Part shown: piece after piece, positions 52,768 through 62,357 of the stretch
Numbering within the stretch: the stretch's first letter is position 1
Layout: every line of letters begins with the position of its first letter
Assembly: GCA_003598025.1 (NCBI GenBank)
Contig: QZKH01000006.1
Span: 44,035-108,034 of the forward strand
DNA: 64,000 nucleotides
Source: Candidatus Omnitrophota bacterium
GTDB lineage: Bacteria; Omnitrophota; Gorgyraeia; Gygaellales; Profunditerraquicolaceae
Direction of reading: 5' to 3'
The notes under the pieces: generated by a model
Told to the model about the DNA's origin: nothing
Databases searched by the model: none
The model's input: the letters and a program-made list of their open reading frames with translations, nothing else
Made by a program: the position numbers and the translations under genes

Positions 52768-52878
52768 TTCAGTGCTGCGTAATTTAATAAGGGTAGTTGC
52801 TGTTTTCTTAGACGGGGGTGATTTTTAACTTGGGGCTGTATTTACGCCTTTTGTCTAAAACAGGTATTATTAGAAAAG

Positions 52879-53511
52879 ATGGCTAGCCGGAATAAGATAA
52901 AAGGCCTTATAGAAAAGTGGAAGAAAAGGAACATCAACGGTTATTTCTTTGAAAACAGGCAAGATGCGCTTAAGGAGATAGTCAATAATATACCTGTATC
53001 AGCCGGAATAGGGATTTCAGGCTCCGTGACCTTGGACCAGCTTGGCTTGGTTGGCATATTGGAAAAAAGGGGAAATAAAGTATATAACCAATATAAGCCT
53101 GGTATCGACAGACAAGAGAGCCTAAGGTTGCGTAAAGAAGGCTCTCGGGCTGAATTCTATCTTGCAAGCGCAAATGCAATTTCTGAAAATGGCGAACTTG
53201 TTTTCTTAAGCGCATGGGGTAACCGCACAAGCGGTATTGCCTATGCGGATAACGTAATTATTGTTTGCGGAATAAACAAAATATGTAAAGATGCAGCCGA
53301 GGCAATAAAAAGGAGCAGGGATTATGCAGCCCCGCTTAATTGCAAGCGGCTTAATTGGCAAAGCTATTGTTTTAACGGTAAGGCGTGCAACCAGGAGCTT
53401 TGCCTTTTTCCTGAATATAAAAGGATGTGCTGCCAGCTCCTTCTAGTCGAAGCAGAAATCAAGCCGGATAGGCTGAAGATATTTATAATAAATGAAAATC
53501 TTGGATTCTAG
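52879..53511 (+). CDS. LUD-domain (LutC-like) protein
   Basis: GSVTL, SANAISENGELV, GNR, VCGINKI, RMC, ENLGF. Confidence 0.82.
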   Translation: MASRNKIKGLIEKWKKRNINGYFFENRQDALKEIVNNIPVSAGIGISGSVTLDQLGLVGILEKRGNKVYNQYKPGIDRQESLRLRKEGSRAEFYLASANAISENGELVFLSAWGNRTSGIAYADNVIIVCGINKICKDAAEAIKRSRDYAAPLNCKRLNWQSYCFNGKACNQELCLFPEYKRMCCQLLLVEAEIKPDRLKIFIINENLGF

Positions 53512-53523
53512 GGAGGCACAAAG

Positions 53524-53817
53524 ATGTTTGACAAAGTTAAGCAGTTGATGGATATGCAGAATAAAATGCAGCAGGTAAAGCGGCAGCTTGAGAATACGGT
53601 ATTTGAGGTTGAAAGCTCCGACGGCAGTATCAGGATCGAGATGGATGGTTCACAAAAGGTAAGACAAGTGAAGCTGCAGAAAGAAATGAGCGATGTTGAT
53701 AAGACATCTTTTGAGTCAGCTCTGAAAGATGTTTATAATAAAGCGATAAAGCGGTCGCATGAGTTAGCAGCCGATGAGATGAAAAAGGTTTCTGGTTTTA
53801 ATATTCCTGGTTTGTAA
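53524..53817 (+). CDS. YbaB/EbfC nucleoid-associated protein
   Basis: MQNKMQQVKRQLE...SDGSIRIEMDG...YNKA...IPGL. Confidence 0.85.
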   Translation: MFDKVKQLMDMQNKMQQVKRQLENTVFEVESSDGSIRIEMDGSQKVRQVKLQKEMSDVDKTSFESALKDVYNKAIKRSHELAADEMKKVSGFNIPGL

Positions 53818-53854
53818 CAGAAAAGGCATAAATTTAAGTTGCAAGCAAATAAAT

Positions 53855-54262
53855 ATGAAGAAGAAGAATTTTTATAAATTAGTTGAAGAGATTTGTTCTG
53901 CGGATCCCCGCTATAAACCTGAAAGTTATGAATTCGTAATCCATGCCCTGCATTTTACTCAGAAGAAACTTAAAGAGAGCGGCCATGTCAGCGGCAGAGA
54001 GCTTCTTGGAGGCATAAAAGATTACGCTATCGAACAGTTCGGGCCGCTGGCGAAAAATGTTTTAAATCATTGGGGCATCCTTAAGACTGATGATTTTGGA
54101 AATATTGTTTATAATATGATTAAGAAAAAGATGCTCTCCAGGAGAGACGAAGATTCTTTGGAAGATTTTAAGAAGGTTTACGATTTTGATGTAGTATTTG
54201 CTGATATATTGAGATCCAGCGTGATTAAACAGATAAAAGAGCTGGAGGCTGAGGGGATTTAA
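53855..54262 (+). CDS. Minf_1886 family protein (PVC-associated)
   Basis: DPRY..ESYEFV..AL, HVSGRELL, QFGPLA..VLNHWGI..TDDFGNIVYNMI. Confidence 0.82.
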   Translation: MKKKNFYKLVEEICSADPRYKPESYEFVIHALHFTQKKLKESGHVSGRELLGGIKDYAIEQFGPLAKNVLNHWGILKTDDFGNIVYNMIKKKMLSRRDEDSLEDFKKVYDFDVVFADILRSSVIKQIKELEAEGI

Positions 54263-54264
54263 GT

Positions 54265-55290
54265 ATGGATAATTTTAGAGGATTAGCTACAGGTATCGGG
54301 AGTTTGCCGCATGTAAAGGCAGAAGAAGCACTTAATTTAATCTTTAAATACGTGCCCCAAATTCCATTTTGGCCACAACTGCCTAAAAGGTCAATAAGAG
54401 AAGGAATGGTTGCTCAATTCAGCGAGAAGCTGCCATGCTTAAAAATATCCAGCCAGGGCCTGGCAGTGGATTTAAGCAATAGAGAATCTGAATTAGAGAA
54501 GTTTTATGAGCATTTGATAGCTGAGGATTTAGATTATTTCCGTATAACCCAGGATTATTCTCATGGATTATACGCTTTTCTAACTAAGCTCCAAGATGTG
54601 GATTTACGGCAAGTAAGGGCTGTCAAATGCCAAGTAACCGGACCTTTTACTTTTGCTGCAGGTTTAAAGGATGAGACCGGTAAGGCTGTTTTGCACGACC
54701 CTGTTTTATTCCAGGCCATGCTGAAAGGGCTGTTAATGAAAGCGCTATGGCAGATAAACTCCTTAAAGAAATTCAATAAGGAAATAATCATATTTATCGA
54801 TGAGCCTTATTTAGGATGCTTTGGCTCCGCTTATACACCGATAAACAGGGAAGAGGTGGTAAGGGTCCTTTCTGAATTTAGCAGAGCACTAAAAGCCGAG
54901 AATGTTTTTGTGGGCGTGCATTGCTGCGGCAATACAGATTGGTCTATTCTGACCGAGATCGGATCTATCGACTTGATCAGTTTCGATGCTTATGATTTTA
55001 TTGATAAGTTTGTGATTTATGCCAAAGATTTAAACGTATTCTTAAGGCGCGGGGGTATGATTTGTTGGGGCATAGTACCTACTCAAGAACAAGCTGGCCT
55101 AGAAACTCCGGAATCTTTAAGTGAAAGATTAAAATCTGCTATTGATGTTTTAGTTGATAAAGGCATAGACAGAGGTTTAATCCTTAACGGCTTATTGATC
55201 AGCCCCAGTTGCGGCTTAGGCACGCTTAATACAGATGACGCAGAGCCTATCCTTAAACTGCTTTTGCAAACAGCTGCCAAAGTTTCATAG
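54265..55290 (+). CDS. Core (folate-independent) methionine synthase, MesB-like
   Basis: ATGIGSLPH, FWPQLP, TGPFT, FIDEP, HCC, SFD, SPSCGLG; single MetE C-terminal barrel. Confidence 0.78.
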   Translation: MDNFRGLATGIGSLPHVKAEEALNLIFKYVPQIPFWPQLPKRSIREGMVAQFSEKLPCLKISSQGLAVDLSNRESELEKFYEHLIAEDLDYFRITQDYSHGLYAFLTKLQDVDLRQVRAVKCQVTGPFTFAAGLKDETGKAVLHDPVLFQAMLKGLLMKALWQINSLKKFNKEIIIFIDEPYLGCFGSAYTPINREEVVRVLSEFSRALKAENVFVGVHCCGNTDWSILTEIGSIDLISFDAYDFIDKFVIYAKDLNVFLRRGGMICWGIVPTQEQAGLETPESLSERLKSAIDVLVDKGIDRGLILNGLLISPSCGLGTLNTDDAEPILKLLLQTAAKVS

Positions 55291-55308
55291 CCTTTTTACA
55301 ATCTATCC

Positions 55309-56829
55309 ATGAAAATAGGAAAAAACGCAGTTATTGACTTAATAATCCCCTCATCTTTAACCCTTCTGGGTTTTTTATTGAGAATATATAAATTCACGGA
55401 ATATTTTCATTTTAAAAAGGACCAGGCTGTTTCGTTATTAGAGGCCATGAAAATAACAAACGGCGAATTTATCCTGCTTGGCCCTACTGTCAGCGTCGGG
55501 GACTTTCATTTTGGCCCATTTTATTATTATTTTTTGGCTGTTTCTTTTTTATTCAGGGGCCTTTTGCCTGAAGCAGCTGCCATGATGACAATGTTTTTTA
55601 ATCTTGCTACCATGGTCTTGATTTATTACCTGGTCAAAAATGCATGCGACAGGAAATCTGCTTTTGCTGCCGCTCTTTTATTTACTTTTTCTGCCGGGGC
55701 GATTAACCTTTCAAGAACCATTTGGAGCCCTTCTTTAATGCCATTCTTTGCAGGTTTGTTTGTGTTTTCTTTATACAAGCTAATCAAAGATAACCAGGAT
55801 AATTACTTACTTCTTGTGTCTTTTTCGGTCAGCGTCATGGTTCAGTTGCATCATAACGCATTTGCCGCTTTTTTTGTTCTGGCTATCTGCTGGTTATACT
55901 TTAAGCCGGTAAATATCAGGAAGTCACGGTTTTTATATTCGGCATTAATATTCATCTTATTGATGAGCGCGACGATTATTTATGAATTGCAACATGGATT
56001 TATAGAGAGCAGGCTTGTATTCAGATATTTAACCGCGGTTTCTATGTTTTCTGTACTAAATCTTGTATATAAGCTTAAATCGGTGCTGGCGTCTTTTTTT
56101 GATTTCTTCAGGCTTGCATTTCCTGGATATCTCTTAGCAAAAGTAATGTTTATTTGTATTTTTGTATTCATTGGAGTTAAATCAATGCTTACTTTAAAAG
56201 ATAGAAACAGGAACGTGTTAGAAAAAGTGCTTTTTATCTGCTTGTCCGTATTTTTTGTATTATCATTGCTCTTTTTACCTAAACGCGCATTATTGCAGGG
56301 GCATTATTTCAGCTTCTTATACCCGTTGCCTTTTTTAGCTTTTGGAAGTTTGTTTTATAATACATATTCAAGAAAGCGCATAAAACTGGTAGTAACAGGT
56401 TTTTTTGTGTTTATCGTCTTTTTGAACATCAGGTCAGTGATTTTGGGCTATGATTTTATGGAGAAAACAGCTAAGAATGAGGAAGTTTTTCTAAATGAGC
56501 AAAGAGAGGTATTTAATTACTTGAGCCGGCAGGCTGATCCGTCTTCAGTCATTATTTGGCCTGATAGTTATCTGTATTCATATAAATTTTTATTTAAGGA
56601 AAGCAAGACAAGCATAGAACCGCCCGCTAGGCCTAAGAAACTCGTAGTGATAAGCGATAATTTTTATAACTTAGGCAGGCCCAAAAGAATAAATATTTCT
56701 TTGAACGGCGCAAAGGCTTCTTTAATGCTTGTTAAATCCTTTAATAACGCCAGGGTGTACGGTTTCTCCAGCGAAAATAAGGCGCTGGAAGGCAGAATAT
56801 TCGAAAAAATAAAATATTTGACAAATTAA
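55309..56829 (+). CDS. ArnT/PMT-like (GT-C) membrane glycosyltransferase
   Basis: Many TM segments; DQA, GP...GDFHFGPFYYYFLA, SRTIWSP. Confidence 0.78.
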   Translation: MKIGKNAVIDLIIPSSLTLLGFLLRIYKFTEYFHFKKDQAVSLLEAMKITNGEFILLGPTVSVGDFHFGPFYYYFLAVSFLFRGLLPEAAAMMTMFFNLATMVLIYYLVKNACDRKSAFAAALLFTFSAGAINLSRTIWSPSLMPFFAGLFVFSLYKLIKDNQDNYLLLVSFSVSVMVQLHHNAFAAFFVLAICWLYFKPVNIRKSRFLYSALIFILLMSATIIYELQHGFIESRLVFRYLTAVSMFSVLNLVYKLKSVLASFFDFFRLAFPGYLLAKVMFICIFVFIGVKSMLTLKDRNRNVLEKVLFICLSVFFVLSLLFLPKRALLQGHYFSFLYPLPFLAFGSLFYNTYSRKRIKLVVTGFFVFIVFLNIRSVILGYDFMEKTAKNEEVFLNEQREVFNYLSRQADPSSVIIWPDSYLYSYKFLFKESKTSIEPPARPKKLVVISDNFYNLGRPKRINISLNGAKASLMLVKSFNNARVYGFSSENKALEGRIFEKIKYLTN

Positions 56830-56846
56830 AGGAATAGATATATTAT
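56818..56846 (+). promoter_or_regulatory. Putative sigma70 promoter for the oxidoreductase operon
   Basis: TTGACA-17 nt-TATTAT. Confidence 0.65.
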
Positions 56847-56894
56847 AGGTATTCCTTTACATTATAAATCATGTAATAAGGAGATTTGTTAATA

Positions 56895-57434
56895 ATGAAA
56901 GAGATAAGAATCCATGCCCGCGCAGGCCAGGGCGCGATTACAACAGCGTCTTTGTTAGGGTATGTATATTTTTTAAAAGGGCTTTATCCTTATGCATTCC
57001 CGCATTTTGGAGCAGCAAGGATGGGGGCTCCGATGAATGCGTTTGTACGGATTGATACCAAGCCTGTAAGGCTGAGAAGCCAGATATATGAACCGGATTT
57101 CGTAATTGTTGTCGATGCTACCCTTATGCGGGGCTTTAATTGTTTTTCCGGCCTTAAAAGCAAGGGTGTTGCGATCATAAACGAAGGAGAAGAACTGCCT
57201 AAGTTGGGTGTCGCCCAGAAAGTATACAGCGTCCCGGCAAATGAGATCGCCTTAAAAACAATAGGACGGCCTTTGGGCAATACCGCTCTTTTAGGTGCTT
57301 TTTCAGCTGCGACAGGGGAGTTTGAGCTTGATTACCTGCTTGATGCAATTAAGAAGCGTTTCCCCGGCAAGATAGCAGAAAAGAATTTAGAAGCTGCACG
57401 TCAGGGTTATGATTATATTAAAAGCGTAAAATAA
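56895..57434 (+). CDS. porC: Pyruvate/2-oxoacid:ferredoxin oxidoreductase gamma subunit
   Basis: EIRIHARAGQGAIT, FGAARMGAP, NTALLGA. Confidence 0.9.
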   Translation: MKEIRIHARAGQGAITTASLLGYVYFLKGLYPYAFPHFGAARMGAPMNAFVRIDTKPVRLRSQIYEPDFVIVVDATLMRGFNCFSGLKSKGVAIINEGEELPKLGVAQKVYSVPANEIALKTIGRPLGNTALLGAFSAATGEFELDYLLDAIKKRFPGKIAEKNLEAARQGYDYIKSVK

Positions 57435-57451
57435 GACAAGAGAGGCATGTT

Positions 57452-57724
57452 ATGTTCGGCCCTTTAACTGTAAAACCTGGAGCAAGCAAGAAAAACAAGA
57501 CTGGTTCCTGGAGGACAGAATCAAAGCCTAAGTTCCTGCAGAAAAACTGTATTGCCTGCAAGATGTGCGTATTGATATGCCCTGAGGCCTGCATTACCGG
57601 CTCAGAGAAGAATACATATATCTGCGATTATGCTTATTGCAAGGGTTGCGGTAATTGCGTGGCGATTTGCCCTAAGCAGGACATTATTATGGTCAAAGAA
57701 GATACATCTCAGGAGAAAAAATAA
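57452..57724 (+). CDS. porD: Pyruvate/2-oxoacid:ferredoxin oxidoreductase delta subunit (2x4Fe-4S)
   Basis: KTGSWR, CIACKMCVLICP, YCKGCGNCVAICP. Confidence 0.9.
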   Translation: MFGPLTVKPGASKKNKTGSWRTESKPKFLQKNCIACKMCVLICPEACITGSEKNTYICDYAYCKGCGNCVAICPKQDIIMVKEDTSQEKK

Positions 57725-57729
57725 TAGCC

Positions 57730-58965
57730 ATGAAAGAATTTGTTGAAGGTTCGCATGCAGTAGCAGAAATAGTAAAGTTATGTAAGCCGGCAGTTATATC
57801 AGCTTATCCGATCACGCCCCAGACGCATATTGTTGAGGATCTTGCACAGATGGTCGCTGACGGAGAATTAAATTCCCAATTTGTCAATGTTGAATCCGAA
57901 CATTCTGCTGCTTCTGTTGTATTGGGTGCGGTTGCAACCGGGGTAAGGGCCTATACCGCTACCAGTTCTCAGGGGCTTTTTTACATGGCAGAGGTAGTGT
58001 TTAACATAGCAGGATTGCGTCTTCCGGTGATTATGACTTGCGCAAACAGGGCAATATCTGCGCCTATAAATATCTGGAATGATCAGCAGGATTCAGTCTC
58101 TCTAAGGGACAGCGGCTGGATCCAGGTATACGCGGAAAATATCCAGGAAGCAGTTGATCTGCACCTTATAGCTTATAAGTTAGCCGAGGATAAATCTATT
58201 ATGCTGCCGGTTATGGTTTGTATGGATGGTTTTATCCTTACGCATGGTATCGAAACAGTAGATATCCCCGGGCAAAAAGAAGTTGATGCTTTCTTGCCGC
58301 CTTATAAAGCGTTATATAAGCTTGATCCGGAGAAGCCCATAACTTTAGGCCCGTTAGTTGACCCCGATTCCTATATGGAGACCCGGTATGCAGTTGAACA
58401 GACCCAGAAAAAAGCTTTATCAATGATTCCGGGTATAGCCGCAGATTTTAACAAAACATTTGGCCGTAATTATAACGGCTTAATAGAAGAATACCACACT
58501 AAAGATGCAGAGCGTGTTATTGTTGCCATGGGTTCGGTATGCGGGACAGTCAAGGATGTTGTTGATGAGCTGAGGAGTAAGGGCAAAAAGGTAGGATTGC
58601 TGAAAATAACAACTTATAGGCCATTTCCATGCGATGCTATTTATGCTGCCCTCAAAAATATCCCCAAAGTCGCGGTATTAGACAGGGCATTATCGCTTGG
58701 CTCATTTTCTCCGCTTTTAACGGAGATAAGAGCGATATTCACTTCAAAGAAAAAGAAGCCCCAGGTTATAAGCGGCTTTAATATCGGCTTAGGCGGCAGG
58801 GATATTACTACGCATTCCATAAAAGAAGTTTTCAGGCTTCTAACAAATAAAGAGCTTACATCAGAATATATTGATTTGAAACCAGAGCTATTGAAGGAGA
58901 ATTATGATATCTCCGACTCCGCTGGCGGTCTAAGCGAGCGGCGAAAGGAGCCAAGCTGTGAGTAA
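57730..58965 (+). CDS. porA: Pyruvate/2-oxoacid:ferredoxin oxidoreductase alpha subunit
   Basis: [31 protein letters not shown]. Confidence 0.93.
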   Translation: MKEFVEGSHAVAEIVKLCKPAVISAYPITPQTHIVEDLAQMVADGELNSQFVNVESEHSAASVVLGAVATGVRAYTATSSQGLFYMAEVVFNIAGLRLPVIMTCANRAISAPINIWNDQQDSVSLRDSGWIQVYAENIQEAVDLHLIAYKLAEDKSIMLPVMVCMDGFILTHGIETVDIPGQKEVDAFLPPYKALYKLDPEKPITLGPLVDPDSYMETRYAVEQTQKKALSMIPGIAADFNKTFGRNYNGLIEEYHTKDAERVIVAMGSVCGTVKDVVDELRSKGKKVGLLKITTYRPFPCDAIYAALKNIPKVAVLDRALSLGSFSPLLTEIRAIFTSKKKKPQVISGFNIGLGGRDITTHSIKEVFRLLTNKELTSEYIDLKPELLKENYDISDSAGGLSERRKEPSCE

Positions 58966-59842
58966 TCATTTATTTGTAGCAGGTCATACCGCCTGTTCTG
59001 GATGCGGCCAGTCGATGGCAGCGCGTCTGGTAATAGATGCTGCTGGTCCGAATACGATTATTTCAAATAATACAGGCTGTCTGGAGGTTTTCTCAACAAA
59101 ATATCCGGAATCTGCCTGGGAGGTCCCCTGGATACATTCTTTGTTTGAAAACTCTTCTGCAGTAGCTTCCGGTATAGAAGCGGCGCTGAAATATTTAGGG
59201 ACAAAAGATAAAATAAACGTAATTGCCCAGGGTGGTGATGGCGGTACGGCTGATATCGGTCTACAAGCTTTATCAGGGATGTTTGAACGCGGCCATGATA
59301 TTCTATATGTTTGTTATGATAATGAAGCATATATGAATACGGGAGTTCAGAGAAGCGGCCTTACCCCTTTTGAAACCAACACTACTACCAGTCCTGCAGG
59401 CTCTCAATCTTTCGGTAATATAAGACCGAAAAAACCCATGCCGGAAATAGCTTTGGCGCATGGCATACCTTATGTAGCCACCTCTTCAGTAGTATTTCCT
59501 CAGGATATACAGCGTAAAGTGAAAAAGGCATTCTCTATAAAAGGGCCAAAGTATATACAAATACATGTCCCTTGCCCGTTAGGATGGAGACACGATTCTA
59601 GCCTCACTTATGAGATAGCGAAATTAGCAGTTGAAACAGGGCTTTATCCTATAATAGAATACGAAAACGGGGTGCTGGCCCAGCGCAAAATCAAGCCAAA
59701 GCCAGTTGAGGAATATCTAAAGAAACAGGGTAGGTTTAAGCACCTATTAAACAACCCGGAACTTATTAAAAAAATCCAGGATATTGCAGACAATAATATC
59801 CTTAAATATAAACTTAGTTTGGAGAATCAAAGCAGCGTTTAA
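58958..59842 (+). CDS. porB: Pyruvate/2-oxoacid:ferredoxin oxidoreductase beta subunit
   Basis: [39 protein letters not shown]. Confidence 0.93.
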   Translation: MSNHLFVAGHTACSGCGQSMAARLVIDAAGPNTIISNNTGCLEVFSTKYPESAWEVPWIHSLFENSSAVASGIEAALKYLGTKDKINVIAQGGDGGTADIGLQALSGMFERGHDILYVCYDNEAYMNTGVQRSGLTPFETNTTTSPAGSQSFGNIRPKKPMPEIALAHGIPYVATSSVVFPQDIQRKVKKAFSIKGPKYIQIHVPCPLGWRHDSSLTYEIAKLAVETGLYPIIEYENGVLAQRKIKPKPVEEYLKKQGRFKHLLNNPELIKKIQDIADNNILKYKLSLENQSSV

Positions 59843-59855
59843 AGGAGGTAATAAT

Positions 59856-60335
59856 ATGGGTAAACAGGCAAGAGCGATAGTTGATTTAAGTTTAAAGGAA
59901 CTGGTAAAAGACCTGCATAAGGCTTATTGTGATGAGTGGTTAGCTTTTTATTTGTACTGGTATATGGCGCAGACTGTTTCGGGTAAAGCTTATGAAGATA
60001 TGAAGGAATTCCTGGAGAAAATCGCCAAGGATGAATTAGAGCATGCGCAGGAATTAGCAGATCTAATTACTAAATTAGGAGATGTACCTCCGGCAAATCC
60101 TATGGAACTGGAGAAACATGCAAATTTTCCGTATCTTATGCCGCCTAAAAATACTGCCGATATTAATAGGATGATCCGTATAGTAACCGAGGCTGAGTCT
60201 GGGGCAATAGAAGTTTATAATAAGATAGCCAAGAAAACATTAGGTAAAGATCATGTGACTTACCAGCTGGTTACGCACATACTTTCGGAAGAAGTCACGC
60301 ATGAAGAGATGTTTGAAAACCTGCAGGAAAGATAA
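59856..60335 (+). CDS. Ferritin-like (DPSL/bacterioferritin-related) protein
   Basis: AYCDEWLAFYLYW, DELEHA, EAE..AI..Y, EEVTHE di-iron motifs; AAGGAGG RBS. Confidence 0.87.
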   Translation: MGKQARAIVDLSLKELVKDLHKAYCDEWLAFYLYWYMAQTVSGKAYEDMKEFLEKIAKDELEHAQELADLITKLGDVPPANPMELEKHANFPYLMPPKNTADINRMIRIVTEAESGAIEVYNKIAKKTLGKDHVTYQLVTHILSEEVTHEEMFENLQER

Positions 60336-60355
60336 ATAACAGGAGGAAAATTATC

Positions 60356-60541
60356 ATGGCAAAAGTTACAGTGGATGCTTCAACTTGCGTAGGTTGCGGA
60401 ATTTGCGAACAAGCTTGTCCTGATGTGTTTGAAGTCCAGGGCGATGGGGTAGCTCATGTAAAAACCCAAGTATGTGCAACCTGCAATTTAGAAGAAATTG
60501 CTTTGCAGTGCCCGGTAAACGCTATAAAGGTAAGCAATTAA
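60356..60541 (+). CDS. Single-cluster ferredoxin
   Basis: CVGCGICEQACPDVF ... CPVNAI; AGGAGG RBS. Confidence 0.9.
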   Translation: MAKVTVDASTCVGCGICEQACPDVFEVQGDGVAHVKTQVCATCNLEEIALQCPVNAIKVSN

Positions 60542-61974
60542 AATAATTGGCTTTTCTGTTTTAAATCCACTAGGAATTTAACGAAAGCCTCTTCTTTCTT
60601 CTTCATCAAGAGTTGCTGCTGGAATTCTTCTTTAACTTCATTAAATTTCTGCTGGTCAATAGAAGTTGATGACTTTAGCCTTATCAGAAAATACCCGGAA
60701 GGCATTGATATTACATCGCTTATCTGATTATCTTTGAGGCTTCTGGCTTTAAGCCAGAAATTGTCGGAAGCACCTATACCTTCTATATAGCTGCCGAATT
60801 TAAACATATCCGTTGCGCCGTATTTTAATCCTATCTCTTTTGCAGTTTTCTCGAAGTTATTTAATTTTGCCGCCTCTTTGTCTGTTAAAAGCGATTCTTT
60901 AGCCTTTGTTATTTTATTTCTGGCAATATTAGCAGAGGCGTCTTTTACAAATCTTGATTTTACCGTATCCCCAATGTCTTTGAATAGCGGTATATAAGGA
61001 TCTTTTTTCCCTTTTAATCTCAATATAAAGAAGCTTTGCCCGCTCAGCAAGGGCTGAGTGAAATCCCCGGCTTTTAGCTGAGCGATCATATTGGCCAGTT
61101 CTGGAGCCCAGCCAAATCCCGGGATACCCTCGGCAGGGAAGAAATAGCCTGTTTCTTTTATTTCCAGCCCTAACTCTTTAGCTATGCCAGCAAAACTTTT
61201 TTCATCTAACAGCCTGCGATAAATATTTTTTAGCTCATCTTCATTAACAGCTTTATCATTCAGTTTTTGAGGTATTTGGATATACTCAACGTCGTAAGAA
61301 GCAGGCTTTTTAAACAGGTCTTTGTTCTGTTCGTAGTATGATTTTATTTCCTCTTCTGTTGGATTAATCTGGTTTTCATATGCTTCAGGAAGGGCGGCAA
61401 GATAATAAACACTTATCTTCTCATTGGTTTTTGCATATTCTTCCTGTAGTTCTTTATCGGTTATTTCTATACTCTTGGTAACGTCATTATAAAGTTTAAA
61501 TATGGTAAGGTTTTGACGCACCTGTTCTTCAAATTCCCTGGGCGGCGTATTGAAGAGCTCATATTGCAAAGCCAAAGAATAAGTTTGCGGGTCGAACTGC
61601 CCGTTTTTTTGGAAGAGGGGGAATTTTTGTATCCAGTCTATCACTTCTTTATCATCTACTTTTATCCTGTGTTTTTTGGCTTCTAAGAGAAGCACAAGCC
61701 TTTCCCATGCCTGTCCCTCAAAATCGAACATATTCTTTATTTTGTCAAAGTTATCACCGTATTGAAGCAGCGCCAGGTTCCTGGAAGCTTTCATCGCATC
61801 CATGAAGTCCTGGGCAGATATTTTTTTTCCAAAAATCTTGCCTACGAAACCCGCTTTTTTTTGGTTATCAAATATTACCCCTGAGCCCCAGAAGACAAAC
61901 GCAGGGATTATTATTAAAGCCAGGACTATCCATATTTTTTTAGCCGTTTTTTTATCTCTTAATTGTTTAAGCAT
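60538..61974 (-). CDS. SurA/PpiD-like membrane-anchored chaperone
   Basis: N-terminal TM (IWIVLALIIIPAFVFWG), SurA_N-like GQFDPQTY region, degenerate parvulin-like segments. Confidence 0.8.
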   Translation of the reverse strand: MLKQLRDKKTAKKIWIVLALIIIPAFVFWGSGVIFDNQKKAGFVGKIFGKKISAQDFMDAMKASRNLALLQYGDNFDKIKNMFDFEGQAWERLVLLLEAKKHRIKVDDKEVIDWIQKFPLFQKNGQFDPQTYSLALQYELFNTPPREFEEQVRQNLTIFKLYNDVTKSIEITDKELQEEYAKTNEKISVYYLAALPEAYENQINPTEEEIKSYYEQNKDLFKKPASYDVEYIQIPQKLNDKAVNEDELKNIYRRLLDEKSFAGIAKELGLEIKETGYFFPAEGIPGFGWAPELANMIAQLKAGDFTQPLLSGQSFFILRLKGKKDPYIPLFKDIGDTVKSRFVKDASANIARNKITKAKESLLTDKEAAKLNNFEKTAKEIGLKYGATDMFKFGSYIEGIGASDNFWLKARSLKDNQISDVISMPSGYFLIRLKSSTSIDQQKFNEVKEEFQQQLLMKKKEEAFVKFLVDLKQKSQLF

Positions 61975-61984
61975 CCTATCCTCC

Positions 61985-62111
61985 TAGCGTAGAAACGCAT
62001 ACCGAGCTATCCTTTAAGCACGGGTGTAGCGTAGAAACGCATACGTGTAGTAAACATGCACTGTGCCTTCCTGTGGGCACAGGTGCCGAGCTATCCTTTA
62101 AGCACGGGTGT
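61985..62111. repeat. A-B-A-C-B direct-repeat and hairpin cluster upstream of the SurA-like gene
   Basis: TAGCGTAGAAACGCATAC at 61985 and 62027; CCGAGCTATCCTTTAAGCACGGGTGT at 62002 and 62086. Confidence 0.85.
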
Positions 62112-62193
62112 TAATGAACTAAATAATTAGTTTAATAATTATATTCCAAAACAAGAGGAAAGGGAAGGAATAAAAAGTAGGCTTAAGCAGGAG

Positions 62194-62270
62194 TTAGTTC
62201 ATAGTTCATAGTTCAAAGTTCATAGAAATAGGCCGTATCCATGAACAATGAACCATCAACTATGAACTAA
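62194..62270. repeat. Inverted heptamer-array element, copy 9
   Basis: TTAGTTCA TAGTTCA TAGTTCA AAGTTCA TAG ... ATGAACA ATGAACC ATCAACT ATGAACTAA. Confidence 0.92.
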
Positions 62271-62284
62271 AATCATCTTTTTCC

Positions 62285-62313
62285 TTTACAAACTAAATCC
62301 CTGCAAGTATAAT
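62285..62313 (+). promoter_or_regulatory. Putative sigma70 promoter for hisG
   Basis: TTTACA-17 nt-TATAAT. Confidence 0.65.
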
Positions 62314-62357
62314 AACTTCGCTATAAAGAAAAATTCAAAAGGGGAGAGATTTAAGTT

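Noticed and set aside
55309-56829. T-rich glycosyltransferase gene as a mobile island
   Set aside because: The skew is explained by hydrophobic TM codons, and there are no flanking repeats or mobility genes.
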